Positions 50,240 to 63,530 of a DNA stretch of 64,000 nt are shown here, piece by piece (positions within the stretch are counted from its first letter, which is position 1; every line of letters starts with the position of its first letter). The position numbers and the translations under genes are program-made. A model generated the notes under the pieces. That model did no database searches. It was not told the DNA's origin and saw nothing but the letters and a program-made list of their open reading frames with translations. Source of the stretch: Octopus vulgaris. Taxonomy: Eukaryota. The stretch spans positions 61,752,001 through 61,816,000 of the forward strand of contig OX597817.1 in NCBI GenBank assembly GCA_951406725.2, in the 5' to 3' direction.

Positions 50240-52140
50240 GGACACACAGCACTCCTACAACTTAGTTTCGCTGAAGTGGGCAGGTCTTCTCAGGAATCTC
50301 ATATCACCAGATGTCTCCATACAATGTCATCTCTTCCACGAGGTCCAACATCATGAGATTGATCTGCACTACTTCATCCCATGTCTCCCTGGGTTTCCCT
50401 GTTCTACTGGTGCCATCCACTTTATGCAATCAACACTTCTTTATACAACTGTCTACATCCATCTGCATCACATGTCCAAATCAACACAATCTTGTATGCT
50501 GCATCGGATTCCTCTTACGACTAACTTTTCTCTCAGCACATTTGCGATGTGTCGTACAGGTACCCTGATATTATGCATATCCATTAGAGTATACTAGCTT
50601 CATTCATCTCTAGTCTATGCATGTTTTCAGCATTCAAAGCCTATGTCTCACTACACTACCATGGAGTACAACAATTCGCATGCAAACATCATACAATCTG
50701 CCTTTCACTCTGATACAGAGGAAGTCCTTTTGTTGCCAAAAGAGGTAACAGCTCTCTGAACTTCTTCCATCTTATTCTTATTCTGGCAACAAAACTTTCA
50801 TAACATCTTCCACTGCTGCTAATTTGGCGTATCTATCATACTGCTGTCAACTGTGACATCTGGTCCCTCAGTTGGTTCTATATTTGAAAGACTCTACTTC
50901 TCCCATGCATTCTCCACATGTAGCAACCTTTCATACTGGCACTTCCATGCATCTTTCTTCTCTAAATAGCTATCGATTAACATACATTTCTCATGCATCA
51001 TATTTCTATTCTCTACTTTGCAATCCTGAACCCCTCACACCTCTGACCCTCAAACTGTAGAACATTGGCTCATCTCTTACTTTCTGCTTTTCCTTTTGCT
51101 ATGTAAACTTGCTGCCCTTCTGGTTACCTGATATACTTCTTCTCTGCTTCCACTGTTTTTCCACTCTTTCCAGACCTGTCTCTCTGCCTTAACAGGACTG
51201 TCTACCTCCTTGTTCTGCAACCATTTCACCCTCAGCCTGGCTGGGACTATGCAACAAATTTTGTCTGTAGCCCTAAAAAGGTTATCCTGCATCAACTTCC
51301 AATTATTCTCTAAGCTATGTGCCTTCAACTTCTCCTCTTTTGGTCAGAAGCTTCCATTAAAATATCTCTAAATTCATGTCATTTTGCTGGGTCCTTGAGC
51401 TTCCATAACCTTCTTTTCCAGACTGGTTTATTGCTCTGAGTCCTTCTAGCCCTAATTCTGAAATCACTAACTGGTAATCTATGTTGGTTTGCACATTCCT
51501 CACCTGGGGAAGACTTTGCATTTGTGAGAATCTCATTGCCTAGTGAAGGTGTAATTAATCTAGTTTATGTACCCACCAGGCCAATAGATTATCAGGTGAC
51601 TGGCTGGTTTCTTGAAGTTAGTGTTGCAGATTATGAGATCATTTGCATCACTGAACTCCAACAGCCTTGTACTATCCTATTTCTAAAGCCAAAACTGTAA
51701 CCTTCATGCACACCATGGAATTCATGGGAGGGCTGCTCAACATGTCCGTTGAAGTCACCAGCCACAATAACCAAGTCTCTGTTCTTTGTCATTGAGGGAG
51801 CCTGCAGAGGACCTCATAAAATCTGTCCTACTGACCAGCCAGCCCAGACTGTGAAGCAGAGGCAGAAACAAATACAACTGTTAATTTATCGAAAATTATT
51901 CTCAGTTTGACAACCCTGACTACTTCAATTACCCATTTTCTGCCAAAAGTATGCCTACACCACCTACCCAGAAAAATTCAAACCACTGTTTCTTACCCAT
52001 GAGGAATCTAGAGGAGGCTCTCCTATATCTTACTTTCTGCACACCACATATGCCTACATACTGTCACCCCAACATTTCACGCATCTCACCAGCGCCATTC
52101 CTTTCATTGTGCCAGTATTGGTGGCGGCAGCTTTGAGGTT
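50240..52140 (-). mobile_element. Degenerate, internally deleted RTE-clade LINE
   Basis: Minus-strand AGDFNGHV remnant at ~51740-51765; linker and C-terminal remnants resemble the 46690 and 45126 copies. Confidence 0.75.
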
Positions 52141-53219
52141 GTGGACAAGGGAAGAACAGTGGGGTGACAGTTGTGTAACTTTTGTCAACACCAAAAAGGA
52201 AAATTTGTTCTAACACTTGCTGCCTGGCTGAGGGCTTTGGTACATATTTTATTCAATTAATTAGCTTCCTCAGTCTTGTACAAAGATGGACACTGTCTTT
52301 AGAGTCTATGAGAATCTACAGTAGTGCCCTTGTCATTATTATACAGATGTAATAAAAGAATTAGACCTTTGGCAATATGCTGTGCTTCAGAAGACCTGTC
52401 AAGCCAAGGGAAATCGTAGTCATGGCCAATACCTGTCATGAAACTGGCACACCTGGTGGTGGCATGTAAAAGGCACCATTCGAACTTTGGGCTTCACAGA
52501 GGCTGTGACAAGTGACCAACACCTTTGGCAATATAGCCTGCTCGGGAAGACCTGTCAAGCCAAGTGAGATCGTAGTGATGGCTGATTCTGGTGTCTTGTG
52601 ACTGGCCCCTGGGCTGGTGGCACGTAAAAAAAACACCCACTACACTCTTGGAGTGATTGGCATTAAAAAGCATCAAGCTGTAGAAACCATGCCAAATCAG
52701 ATTGGAACCTGGTGCAGTTACCCAGCTTCATTTAACCATTCAACCATTGCCAGCATGGAAAACAGATGTTAAATGATGAAGATGATGGTGGTGGTGGTGG
52801 TGGTGACAACCTGGACCATATACTTACAAATTTAGCAATTCTTTACATTTATACAATATGAGTGATCTTTAACTAGATATGACCTGAACAAGATGGTGAT
52901 GAAGGAGAGGAAATGTCAAAAGTATTGACAGAGTCTCGTTTTACAATAAAACAAGAACTTAACTGTAGTTTCAGAGAACACACTTCTGGTTAAATGAATG
53001 ATATTAGGGAAGTTACAGCTTTATATACAGATGGATGCTATTTTTAGAATCATTTAACAATGACGATGATGTTAATATATGCTCCTAATAGTATAAACAA
53101 TAATTAAATATTAATAATTCTTTTAAGCCTGTATAATAACGAGGGTACTACAAAAGATTCTCATAGATCAATATATATATATATATACTTATAAACACAC
53201 ACACACACATATATATATA

Positions 53220-53460
53220 GTTAAAATTTGTACAAAAAACAAAAAAAAAAGAGAGGCAGGTGAGGAAACAACAACAAGATATATTAGTCTGATGCTCAGG
53301 AAAAATGAAAAAGCCTTTGACATTTTGAGCCTTGGCTCTTCAACAGAAAAGAATTAACAAACAATACACATGGAGAAAGGAAAAAACAAAAGGAGAGAAA
53401 AAAATTAAAACATGTCTGGATTAATGGTTGAAGCAATCTTCAGACCTGAAGATTGCTTAG
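53220..53460 (-). mobile_element. (TA)n-tailed repeat with a CpG-decayed ultra-minimal hammerhead motif
   Basis: Minus 53350-53314: ttt-CTGTTGA-a gagc caag gctc-AAAAT-GTC-aaag; terminal hairpin aagcaatcttcag-ac-ctgaagattgctt (53431-53458). Confidence 0.55.
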
Positions 53461-55505
53461 AGACACAAGGCACATTATGAAGACCTACCTAAGTACAAGA
53501 TGACAAGAAACTATTAGCAGTTTCTTATTTCAACATGCTGTACATTGGTGGATGGAGAACTTTTCTTGTTGCTCTTACCTTAACAGTGAACTATGCACAG
53601 ACACACAACAACGACAACCACAAAATTCCATCCCACTTGGCCTCTTTCTATCTCTTAGATGCTCATACATAAACTCTCTTCTCTTTCTCTCTAACACAAA
53701 CAACACACACACATAACTCATACAAATTAATGCATGCAGTATTAATCAACAATAACAAATATGTACTAATCACCTCAGTCACTGATACCTCGTTTAATCA
53801 CCAATATGTGTCCATGTACTGAATAACTGCAGCATTGTACTAACTTTAAGTGCTACAGAACCATATTGCAGTAGTAATAGTAGCAGTAGTAGTAGTAGTA
53901 GCAGCTTTTACAAAATCTCCTCTACATTAAACAACACTTTATCTTAAATAATATATCAGCTTAGTATATCATCATCATCATCATTTAACATCTGTTGTCC
54001 ATGCTTGCATGGGTTGGACAGTTTGACCAGGGCTGGTAAGCTGCACCAGACTCCAGTCTGTTTTGGTTTCTATGGCTGGATGCCCTTCCTAACACCAATG
54101 ACTCTGAAAGTGTAATAGGTGCTTTTATGTGCCACTGGCATGGGTGCCATTTGTGTGACACCGGTATCTGCCATGTCTGTGGTTTTACTTGGCTTGGTGG
54201 GTCTTCTTCTCAAGCATAACATAATGCCAAAGGGTCCGGTCATTGCCTCTGTGAGGCCCAATGCTTGATGCACGGCATAATACCAAACGGTCTTGGCCCT
54301 TGCCTCCATTAGGCCCAACACTGAAAAGGTCCTTTTATGGGCCACCAAAATGTGCTTTTACATGCCACCTTTTGCGTGACATCAGTATCTGCCACAACTG
54401 CGATCCTACTTGGCTGGTTGGGTCTTCTTCTCAAGCACAACATAAAGGCAAAGATCTCAGTCATTGTCTCTGTGAGGCCCAACATTCAAAAAGAGCTCAA
54501 ACAGTTTGCTTCTGTGAGGCTCAATGCCAGAAAAGCACTTTTTATGGGCCCCCTGCACAGGTGCTGGTTATGTGACACCTTAGATCGTAATAATTACAGA
54601 GGTATCTAGATGAGATGCTGTTTGGTTTTGTGCAGGGAGAAGCACTGCTGATGCAAAAGCACCTTTCAAACATTCCAACAAGCTGGTGGTATGTAAAAAG
54701 CTCCTTCCAAGTATTATGTCTCATGGAGGCAATATAGCTGATGCGAGTGTCACATAACTGGCATCTGTGCCAGTGGCATGTGTGAAGCACCGTTCAAGCA
54801 CTGGGCCTCACAGAAGCAATGACAAATGACTGACACCTTTGGACATATGCTGTACTTGAGTAGAAGACCCATCAATCCAAGTTGAAGATATGGGTCTCAC
54901 ACAACTGGCACCGATGCCAGTAGCACCTATTACATTCTTGGAGTGTTTGGCATTAGGAAGGGTATCCAGCCGTAGGAACCATACGAAATCAGACTGCAGC
55001 CCTTCAGCTTGCCAGCCCTGGTCAAACCGTCCAACCCATACCAGCATGGACAATGGATGTTAAATAAGGATGATGATGATAATATATATATCACGGAGTG
55101 GTTGGCGTTAGGAAGGGCATCCAGCTGTAGAAACACTGCCAGATCTGACTGGCCTGGTGCAGCCTTCGGGCTTCCCAGACCCCAGTTGAACCGTCCAACC
55201 CATGCTAGTATGGAAAGCGGACGTTAAACGATGATGATGATGATGATGATGAAGATAATATATGTATATATATCACAATGACCTCGCACCCACAAGAGTA
55301 AACAAGAGAGACAGAGACAGGCAGAAACAAGGAAAATGCCCCTTGTATTTGAATACTATGCAAATATTTTTTTTAAAAACTTTTTTTTAGATTTTTCCAA
55401 AATTTAATTGTTTTCTATATTTACGGTTGAAAAAGTCTCAATGACTGAAACTGGTTAAAGAAATGTTTTTTAGAAAATTATTTTAGCATTTTCTACTTTG
55501 ACTTG

Positions 55506-55554
<49 letters not shown>

Positions 55555-55733
55555 CACGTAAAAGCACCCACTACACTCACGGAGTGGTTGGCGTTAGGAA
55601 GGGCATGCAGCTGTAGAAACACTGCCAGATCAGACTGGAGCCTGGTGCAGCCGTCTGGCTTCCCAGACCCTAGTTGAACCATCCAAACCATGCTAGCATG
55701 GAAAGCAGACATTAAACGATGATGATGATGATG

Positions 55734-55794
<61 letters not shown>

Positions 55795-56459
55795 TTATAT
55801 TTATATATATATCATCATCATCGTTTAACATCCGTTTTCCGCGCTAGCACGGGTTGGACGGTTCGACCGGGGTCTGGGGAGCCAGGGGCTGCCCCAGGCT
55901 CCAGTCTGATCTGGCAGTGTTTCTACAGCTGGATGCCCTTCCTAACGCCAACCACTCCGCGAGTGTAGTGGGTGCTTTTTACGTGCCACCTGCACAGGAG
56001 CCAGAGGGGTCTGGCATCGGCCACGATCGGTTGGTGCTTTTTTATATTTATATATAATTACAAATTGAGATAGGGGTTGTGAGTGCAACCCACCATGGGA
56101 TAACATAAATCCAATATACTGCCAGTAAAGCACCCAACAAAGTTAATACATAAATGTTAAGAATTGCGATGCAATTAATTCATTTATTGTATTATATGGG
56201 CGAAGGTCAAATGTTTTACCACAAATTTATAATACAAAATAAGAAAATGGAAAAATACACCTTGATCAATAATCAACTACCAGATGATACCCAATCACCT
56301 AATTTATTAACCAACTACATATGAACATCAAAGTTAAACATAATAGTACAGAACAAAGCAATGCACATCAATGAGTAATATGATACAATAAGTACAATAT
56401 GTATAAATAAATATAAATATAAACTACATCTTACAGCTGTTTCAGCCATGTAGATATGA

Positions 56460-56790
56460 TTATCTCATTATGCAGGATTGTTGCAGCCTTTTTTCGATCT
56501 CCATCAGTGTTGTTTTTAGGCAGGACGTTTCGCTACTTTTGGGATGTTGGTTGAGACGATTTGCAACCTTTGTCCGTCGTCTCATGAGGATCTTCCTATC
56601 TCTTGGTATCTTGCTCCTATTTGTTTTGGCCTTGTGCTCTGGGACATATTTCTGGCATATGGCTTGCACAGAAGACATGAAACATTCTAGTTTCATGTCA
56701 ATGTCTGGTGTGGAGAGACATTCCGGCCAGTCCTCTCTGAGGATCTCTTTTTGGATCGATTTCCAATCTGCTTTGTGGCTTGATTGCATG
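56460..56790 (-). mobile_element. CR1/Jockey-group LINE linker fragment
   Basis: KADWKSIQKEILREDWPECL...FMSSVQAICQKYVP pattern. Confidence 0.7.
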
Positions 56791-57830
56791 CAGTAAGATC
56801 TCTCAGGAAAGAAATTTTGTTTCTATTTTGTTTTGTTTTGTTTTATATATATATATATATATGCATGCTTCTTTCAGTTTCAGTCTACGAAATCCACTAA
56901 CATGGCATTGGTCAGCCTGGGGCTAGGGCAGAAGACACCAAGTCAAGATACTACACAATGAACCTGGTAGTATTTGGTTGGGAAGCAAGCTTCTCACCAC
57001 CCAGCCACACCTGCACCTACAAGAGTTAGGAATCGTATACAAAGAGAAATGGCCCTATTCACAGCTTGTGACATAACAGTGATAATGTTTAGTACTTAAT
57101 ATCCTCCTTGGACACTTTTTCTATGTTGATTACTTTGGTTTTCCATAATTTGTTTCAGAACTGCAGTGACAGTTCCAAAAATAGAAGTGTGGTTCAGCAT
57201 TCAAAAGCGAAAAAGGTCAACATGGTAAAGACCAAAGTATTAATTTGTAAGAGGGAGCACAAAATCTTAATGTTATTTGATAAATGACATTGTTCAATAT
57301 GAAGGAAAGTTGTAGAATGGAACACGGTACTGTGATCTCATTGGAACAAAAAATGGATATAGAAAAGATGCTACAAGATCACAGACAAATTAGCAAGATA
57401 CAAGATCTTCAAATGCAGTAGATTGTAGTATTTTTACAAAGCACAGGGTCTATAAAGCCAGTGCTATGTTTTGCATTCAGATTGTCATTGTAGTCACCAC
57501 CTTCATTTTAACGTCCATTTTTCTGTCATCCCACAGTCCGGATGGAGTTTGCTGAGGCAGATTTTCAACAGCTGAGATGCTCTTCCTATTACCGACCCTC
57601 ACCTGTTTCCAAGCAAGGTAACATTTCCCCATGGCCAGACATATTTGCACAGAAGACTGGAAATGAAGGAAACCATTTGATTGATGGTGATGCTTGTTTA
57701 CAACTATCTCATGACATCTAGAGAAGAGAACACACATATAGCATAATTACAGAAATATACATACACACACATGCAGGCATAATGACAAACACATGCACAC
57801 ACACTTGCACACACACACGCACAGACACAG

Positions 57831-57866
<36 letters not shown>

Positions 57867-58613
57867 CATCATCGTTTTAATGTCCACTTCCATGTCCCTA
57901 TGGATTGGACAGAATTTGTTGAGACAGATTTTGTACAAGCAGATACCCTTCCTGTCACCAACTCACCAGTTTCCAGGTAAGGTAATATTTCATTATGGAC
58001 CAGAGATGGCTTTAGGAAAAACTGGAAATGAATGATTTTGCTTGTATGACAGTGATATTCACTTACAACAATCCTGAAAAGTCAAGGAAGTGGTCACATG
58101 CAAGCACACACACATACACACAAATATTATAGCCTTTCTTCCATTTCTGTCTACCAAATCCACTCACAAGGCTTTAATTGGTTTTGGGCTATAGTAGAAG
58201 ACACTAACCCAAGGTGCCACCCAGTGGGACTGAACCCAGAACCATGTGATTTGGAAGCAAACTTCTTAACCACACAGTAACAATACCAACACATGTTTCA
58301 GTAAATACACCTTATTTGGTAATGAAATGAAAAGGCAAAGACATAAAATATAATTTTGGTTTAAGTTTGGCTGAAAACATGTCTATAACATCCTATACAC
58401 CATATTGTCAGCAAAGGTACCTCTCTTGACGAACAGAGAGTTAAATGGCTAAATTGATTAAGTCGTAGTACCTAGCTTATGCTTATGCAATTGAATGCAT
58501 TATAGTTAATTAGTAATTGATTGTCTACTAATACATATGTAAGACTGGATTTGCATAAATAGATTTAATCTCTTCCTGCTACAGAAGCTGCTGCTACTAC
58601 AACAACAACAACA

Positions 58614-58645
<32 letters not shown>

Positions 58646-59081
58646 AGCTTCCACTACCACTACCACCTCTACCATACACTTATACTACTACTGCTGCTGC
58701 TGTTGTTGTTGCTGTTGTTGTTGTTGCACAGTGGCAACATCAATATATGACAACTATTGGGGTACGAATTAGAAAACAATGCATTGAGAACTGTCAATAC
58801 TATTTTCTTACCAAACATATCAATCAATGTATCAGAGATAGACCAGCACGAACATATTGTTTTGAAAATATTAGTGACACATGCTTTTTCATATTGGGAA
58901 ATGTGTGTGTGTGTGTAAGTAAGTATATATATATATATATATATATATCATCATCAACATCATCATGCTTGTGTATGCCTGCATATTATATATGTCAATA
59001 TGCTTGTATGTATGTGTCCATATAGATGTGTGTGTGTATCTTATATCTTTTGTTTCTGTCATTGGACTGTAGCCAAGTCAA

Positions 59082-59116
<35 letters not shown>

Positions 59117-59459
59117 TTATTTCAATCTATTATCTTTCATCCTCATTTAAGTCTGTTCTCTGTGCTGGCATGGGCTGGATGGTTTGACATGGTGCTGGCT
59201 GTTTCTTACATGCCACTGGCACTGGTGCGTTTATGCAGCCCCAGCATGAATGCTTTTTAAGTGGCTCCAGCACCTGAAAGAACAAGCCTGTATGTATGGA
59301 AGACAGTGATTTCACTTAGATTCGTGTGTCTTATCAAGTACAGCAAATTGTCACATCTCCCAGTCCCTTTCCATTTCCTCAGTGAGACCCAGTGTCCAAA
59401 GGTTCTTTATCACCACTTTGTCCCATGTCTTCTTGGGTCTACACACAAACACTATATTC

Positions 59460-59980
59460 TCTGTTAACCTTTCTGTGATACCGCTGTACCTCTTATCTTT
59501 CTAAAGCTTGCACTGAGTACAACGTATGGAGTTTCTATCAAGGCCCTTCTTATATATCGAGCAGGGACATCTCTCTGAAGGGATTTGTGTGACCAGAAGA
59601 GAATTAATGCATTCGAACTTTGGTGCTGGAGAAGACTTTTACGGATTCCATGGACAGCGAGGCTCACCAATGGAGAAGTTCTTAACCAGATCAAGCCGAA
59701 ATTGTCGCTAGAAGCTAGGATCACCAAGCATAGATTGACATATTTTGGTCATATTATGCGGAGAAGATCCCTGGAGAAGGACATCATGCTTGGAATGGTC
59801 AGTGGCAAGAGAGGAAGAGGCCGACCAAGAACCGCCTGGCTTGACACCATCAAGAGTGACACGGGAATGGCCATAGCTAATCTGAAAGAAGCGACCCAGG
59901 ATAGAACTGGCTGGAGGACACTGATCCATCGAGTAACCGAGAGTCAACTTCGACTGAACGGATAGATAGGTAGATAGGAC
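59460..59980 (+). mobile_element. RTE/BovB-like LINE 3' end
   Basis: RINAFELWCWRRLLRIPWTAR...LTYFGHIMRR...GKRGRGRPRTAWLDTI, then a short (GATA/GGTA) tail. Confidence 0.9.
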
Positions 59981-59984
59981 TTTG

Positions 59985-61230
59985 GTCTTTGCTAAATGAA
60001 CTCTAAGGCCCTTAAATTCCAGGTCTTGCTTCCAAACCTGAAATTTCTTCTCCAGGTCAGGCAGTAATTCAGCTATTAGAACAAGGTCATCAGCATAGAG
60101 GAGCTCCCTCTGTTATGGCCTGGGGGACTAAGAGAAGCCAGAGGGGACTGGAAACTGAGCTTTGGGGAACTCCTACCTGTACATTGAATACATTGCTATA
60201 CTCATTGCCAACCTTCACCTCCATGTTGACAAAGGCCAGATACTGAGGTTTAGTTTTAGCTAAATACTTCTCCTGTAGTTGCTTACCAGGAATATAGCAT
60301 CAGTTATGCTCCTACTAGCACAAATCCAAACTGAAACTTATCCACACTAACTCTCTTCCTAATTAATTGAACTATGACCCTATCTGTGACTTTCATCACC
60401 TGCTCCAGCAATTTGATGCCTCTGTAATTATTCTTGTCAAAGGCATCACCTTTGCCTTTGTAGCAGTTGACTATAAAGCTGCTACACCAATCATTGGACA
60501 ATCTGATTAACTAGATGAGTGACTAAGTCATATTCTACTCCACCAGATATTTTAAGCATCTCAGCAGTGTTCTTGATGGACCGGGGGCTTTCCTTGTTTC
60601 CCTACCCTTAATTGTGTTATCTACCAAGCTATTATCGATTCAGATAGCTGGTTCCACAGTAGGGTCTACATTTGGGAGACTCTCCTTCTCCTATTCTCGC
60701 CCTTCCTAACAAGAGTGTAGTGGGTGCTTTTACATGCCAATGGCATGGGGGCCAGTCAAGCAGCACTGGCATCAACCATACTCGAACGGTGCTTTTTACA
60801 TGCCACAGGCACTGCTGCCCATCAGGCATCACTGGCATTGGCCACGACTACGATTTCACTTGACTCAAAAGGTCTTCTCAAGCACAGCATATTGCCCAAT
60901 GATTGAAGGGTGCTTTTAAATAGGCGAGTTATGTGACACTGACATCAGCCATGGCTATGATCTCACTATAGGTCTCGGTTGCTTGTCATTGCTTCATGGT
61001 TGACTATATGAGTGACTAGACTATAGCCTACGCCACCAGATATTTTAAGCATCTTAGCAGTGATTCCTGATGGGTCAAGGGCTTTCCCTGTCTTCATACC
61101 CTTAAATTGCTCTATCTACCAAGGTACTGTCAATTCGAATAACTGGTCCCTCTGTGGGGTCGACATTTGACAGACTCTCTTTCTTGCATTCATTCTCTTC
61201 ATTTAGCAACTTTTCATAGTGTTGTCTCCA
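59985..61230 (-). mobile_element. RTE-clade RT fragments interrupted by a (GAT)-family repeat, with a duplicated segment
   Basis: YKGKGDAFDKNNYRGIKLL...QFGFV; 60520-60680 resembles 61010-61165. Confidence 0.75.
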
Positions 61231-61237
61231 AGTCATT

Positions 61238-61280
<43 letters not shown>

Positions 61281-61454
61281 GATGTTACAGTATATTTTTT
61301 GGCTACTTGGAGTGTAAAGTACAATATTGATAATAAGAAGAATGAAGAATTTGAACATTCAAACTTTATGCTTATTTCCAGTTAGTTTATGTCCGACATG
61401 TGTTTTGATTGCACTGACTGCATATTGTTGCATAATTATATGCAGCGATTTATG

Positions 61455-61780
61455 CATTAGTGGTTAGAGCGTCGAGCTTACGATCGTGAGGTTGTGAGCT
61501 CGAATCCCGGACTGGGCTGCGTGTTGTGTTCTTGAGCAAGGCACTTTATTTCACGTTGCTCCAGTTCACTCAGCTGTAGAAATGAGCTGCGACATCACTG
61601 GTGCCAAGCTGTATAGACCTTTGTCTTTCCCTTGGATAACACTGGTGGCGTGGAGAGGGGAGGCTGGTATGCATGGGCGACTGCTGGTCTTCCATAAACA
61701 ACCTCGCCCGGACTTGTGTCTAGGAGGGTAACTTTCTAGGTGCAATCCCATGGTCTGTGTCGTGACCGAAGGGGGTCTCC
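61455..61780 (+). mobile_element. tRNA-derived SINE (same family as 46270), well preserved
   Basis: agtggttagagc...gctcgaatccc head; 3' body similar to an RTE 5' UTR in this window. Confidence 0.85.
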
Positions 61781-62329
61781 GAGTGCTTCCCTAAGCTTGA
61801 ATAATTGCTTCAATGCACCTGGGAAGAGATGCATACAAATCCTTCAGCATCTTCTCAGGTTATGAGATGCTGAATAGAACCGGATGGTTGATTTGTAAAA
61901 TTGCACGGAAAAGTGAATGAGGGGTGGGGGGTAGGCAGACTGTCAAAATGAGTAGGGTTGAAGGGTAGCTGATACGAGAATCATGAACACAGAAAGATAG
62001 AGGGATGCAGAAAGTGGGGGTGGGGAGCAGCAGGAAAGATGATTGAGTCGGTGAGAGGGAAGACAAGAATGGAGGGGGGAAGAGACAGGTATAATGCATG
62101 ATGGGTGGGAGTCACTGTAACAGGTGGAGAATGCAAAGCTTTTGTTTATAACACATGACTTTCATTGAAAAAAACTTCAATAAGGTTGTGTTAGGCATCA
62201 CAAGTAAAATAACTACAAAATGCTTTGGGTAAAATATAGGATCCCTAATGCTTACTGCAATTGCAATCTCATTTCATGGACTTCGATTTATTACTAACTG
62301 CCAAATTTGGGTTTAAAAATCTTTATTAA

Positions 62330-62548
62330 CCCTTTAGTATTTAAACCGGCCATATCCAGCCAAAATAGTTAATCTGTTTTATGTTCAAACTGACCAGATC
62401 CAGGCTCTCACACCTACCCTACAATGTTATTCTACATTAGGTAATTACACCATCAATATCTTGAAGATATGAGATAATGCATGATTAATTCAAATCAATG
62501 GGAATCAATAAGCATTATGTTTGATAGAATAATCTGAACACTAAAGGG
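62330..62548. mobile_element. piggyBac-like MITE (copy 3)
   Basis: TTAA-CCCTTTAG...CTAAAGGG-TTAA. Confidence 0.85.
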
Positions 62549-63249
62549 TTAATTAATAGCATGTAATAACGAATTTTGTAATTATACATTTTACATTTAT
62601 CAACTTGAATTGACTTCTATTTGCAGGCTAATTCAACTTAAAGCATCCAAAGGAGTGCGCCATTATAATAAATTACACTGTCCAAAGGACGGGTGCGTTT
62701 GCTAGTATATATATCATCATCATCATCGTTTAACGTCCGTTTTCTGTGCTAGCACGGGTTGGACGGTTCGACCGGGGTCTGGGAAGCCAGGGACTGCACC
62801 AGGCTCCAGTCTGATCTGACAGTGTTTCAACAGCTGGATACGCCAACCACTCTGCGAGTGTAGTGGGTGCTTTTTACATGCCACCGGCACAGGTGCCAGG
62901 GGAGTCTGGCAGCAGCCATGATCGGTTGGTGCTTTTAACGTGCCACTGGCACGGAAGCCAGTCAAGGCGGCGCTGGCATCAGCCACGTTTGGATGGTGCT
63001 TTTTACATGCTACCGACACAGGTATCACAACTACTATTTCCATTGATATTTATTTTGATGTTCATGTACTTGACTCAATAGGTCTCCTCAAGCACAGCGA
63101 GATGTTCTGAAATCCAAGGTACTTTGAATGGGCAGGGGCTATGCGGAAGTGGTGCAGAAAGCAGCCCGGGTCTTTGCAGTCACAGCATATCTCCAGAGAT
63201 CTCAGTCCTTTGTCATTGCCTCTGTGAGGCCCAACGCTCTGAGGTCATG

Positions 63250-63298
<49 letters not shown>

Positions 63299-63317
63299 AC
63301 ACTAAGGGTATTATGCA

Positions 63318-63530
63318 AATCGTTAGCACGCTGGGCGAAATGCGTAGTGGTATTTTGTCTGCCGTTACGTTGTGAGTTAAAATTCCGCCGAGGTCGACTT
63401 TGCCTTTCATCCTTTCGGGTCGATAAATTAAGTACCAGTTACGCACTGGGGTCGATGTAATCGACTTAATACCTATGTCTGTCCTTGTTTGTCCCCTCTG
63501 TGTTTAGCCCCTTGTGGGTAATAAAGAAAT
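63318..63530 (+). mobile_element. SINE with Nin/Deu-like core, young copy
   Basis: CpG-rich copy: ccgccgaggtcgactttgcctttcatcctttcgggtcgataaattaagtaccagt. Confidence 0.85.

Noticed and set aside
52828-52884. Possible minus-strand exon (tgttcAG...GTAAGTA)
   Set aside because: Stops in all three frames; cannot be supported as coding.
62675-62706. Possible Helitron 3' end (gtcc-aaa-ggac...CTAG-T)
   Set aside because: Hairpin is short and no matching 5' TC terminus was identified.
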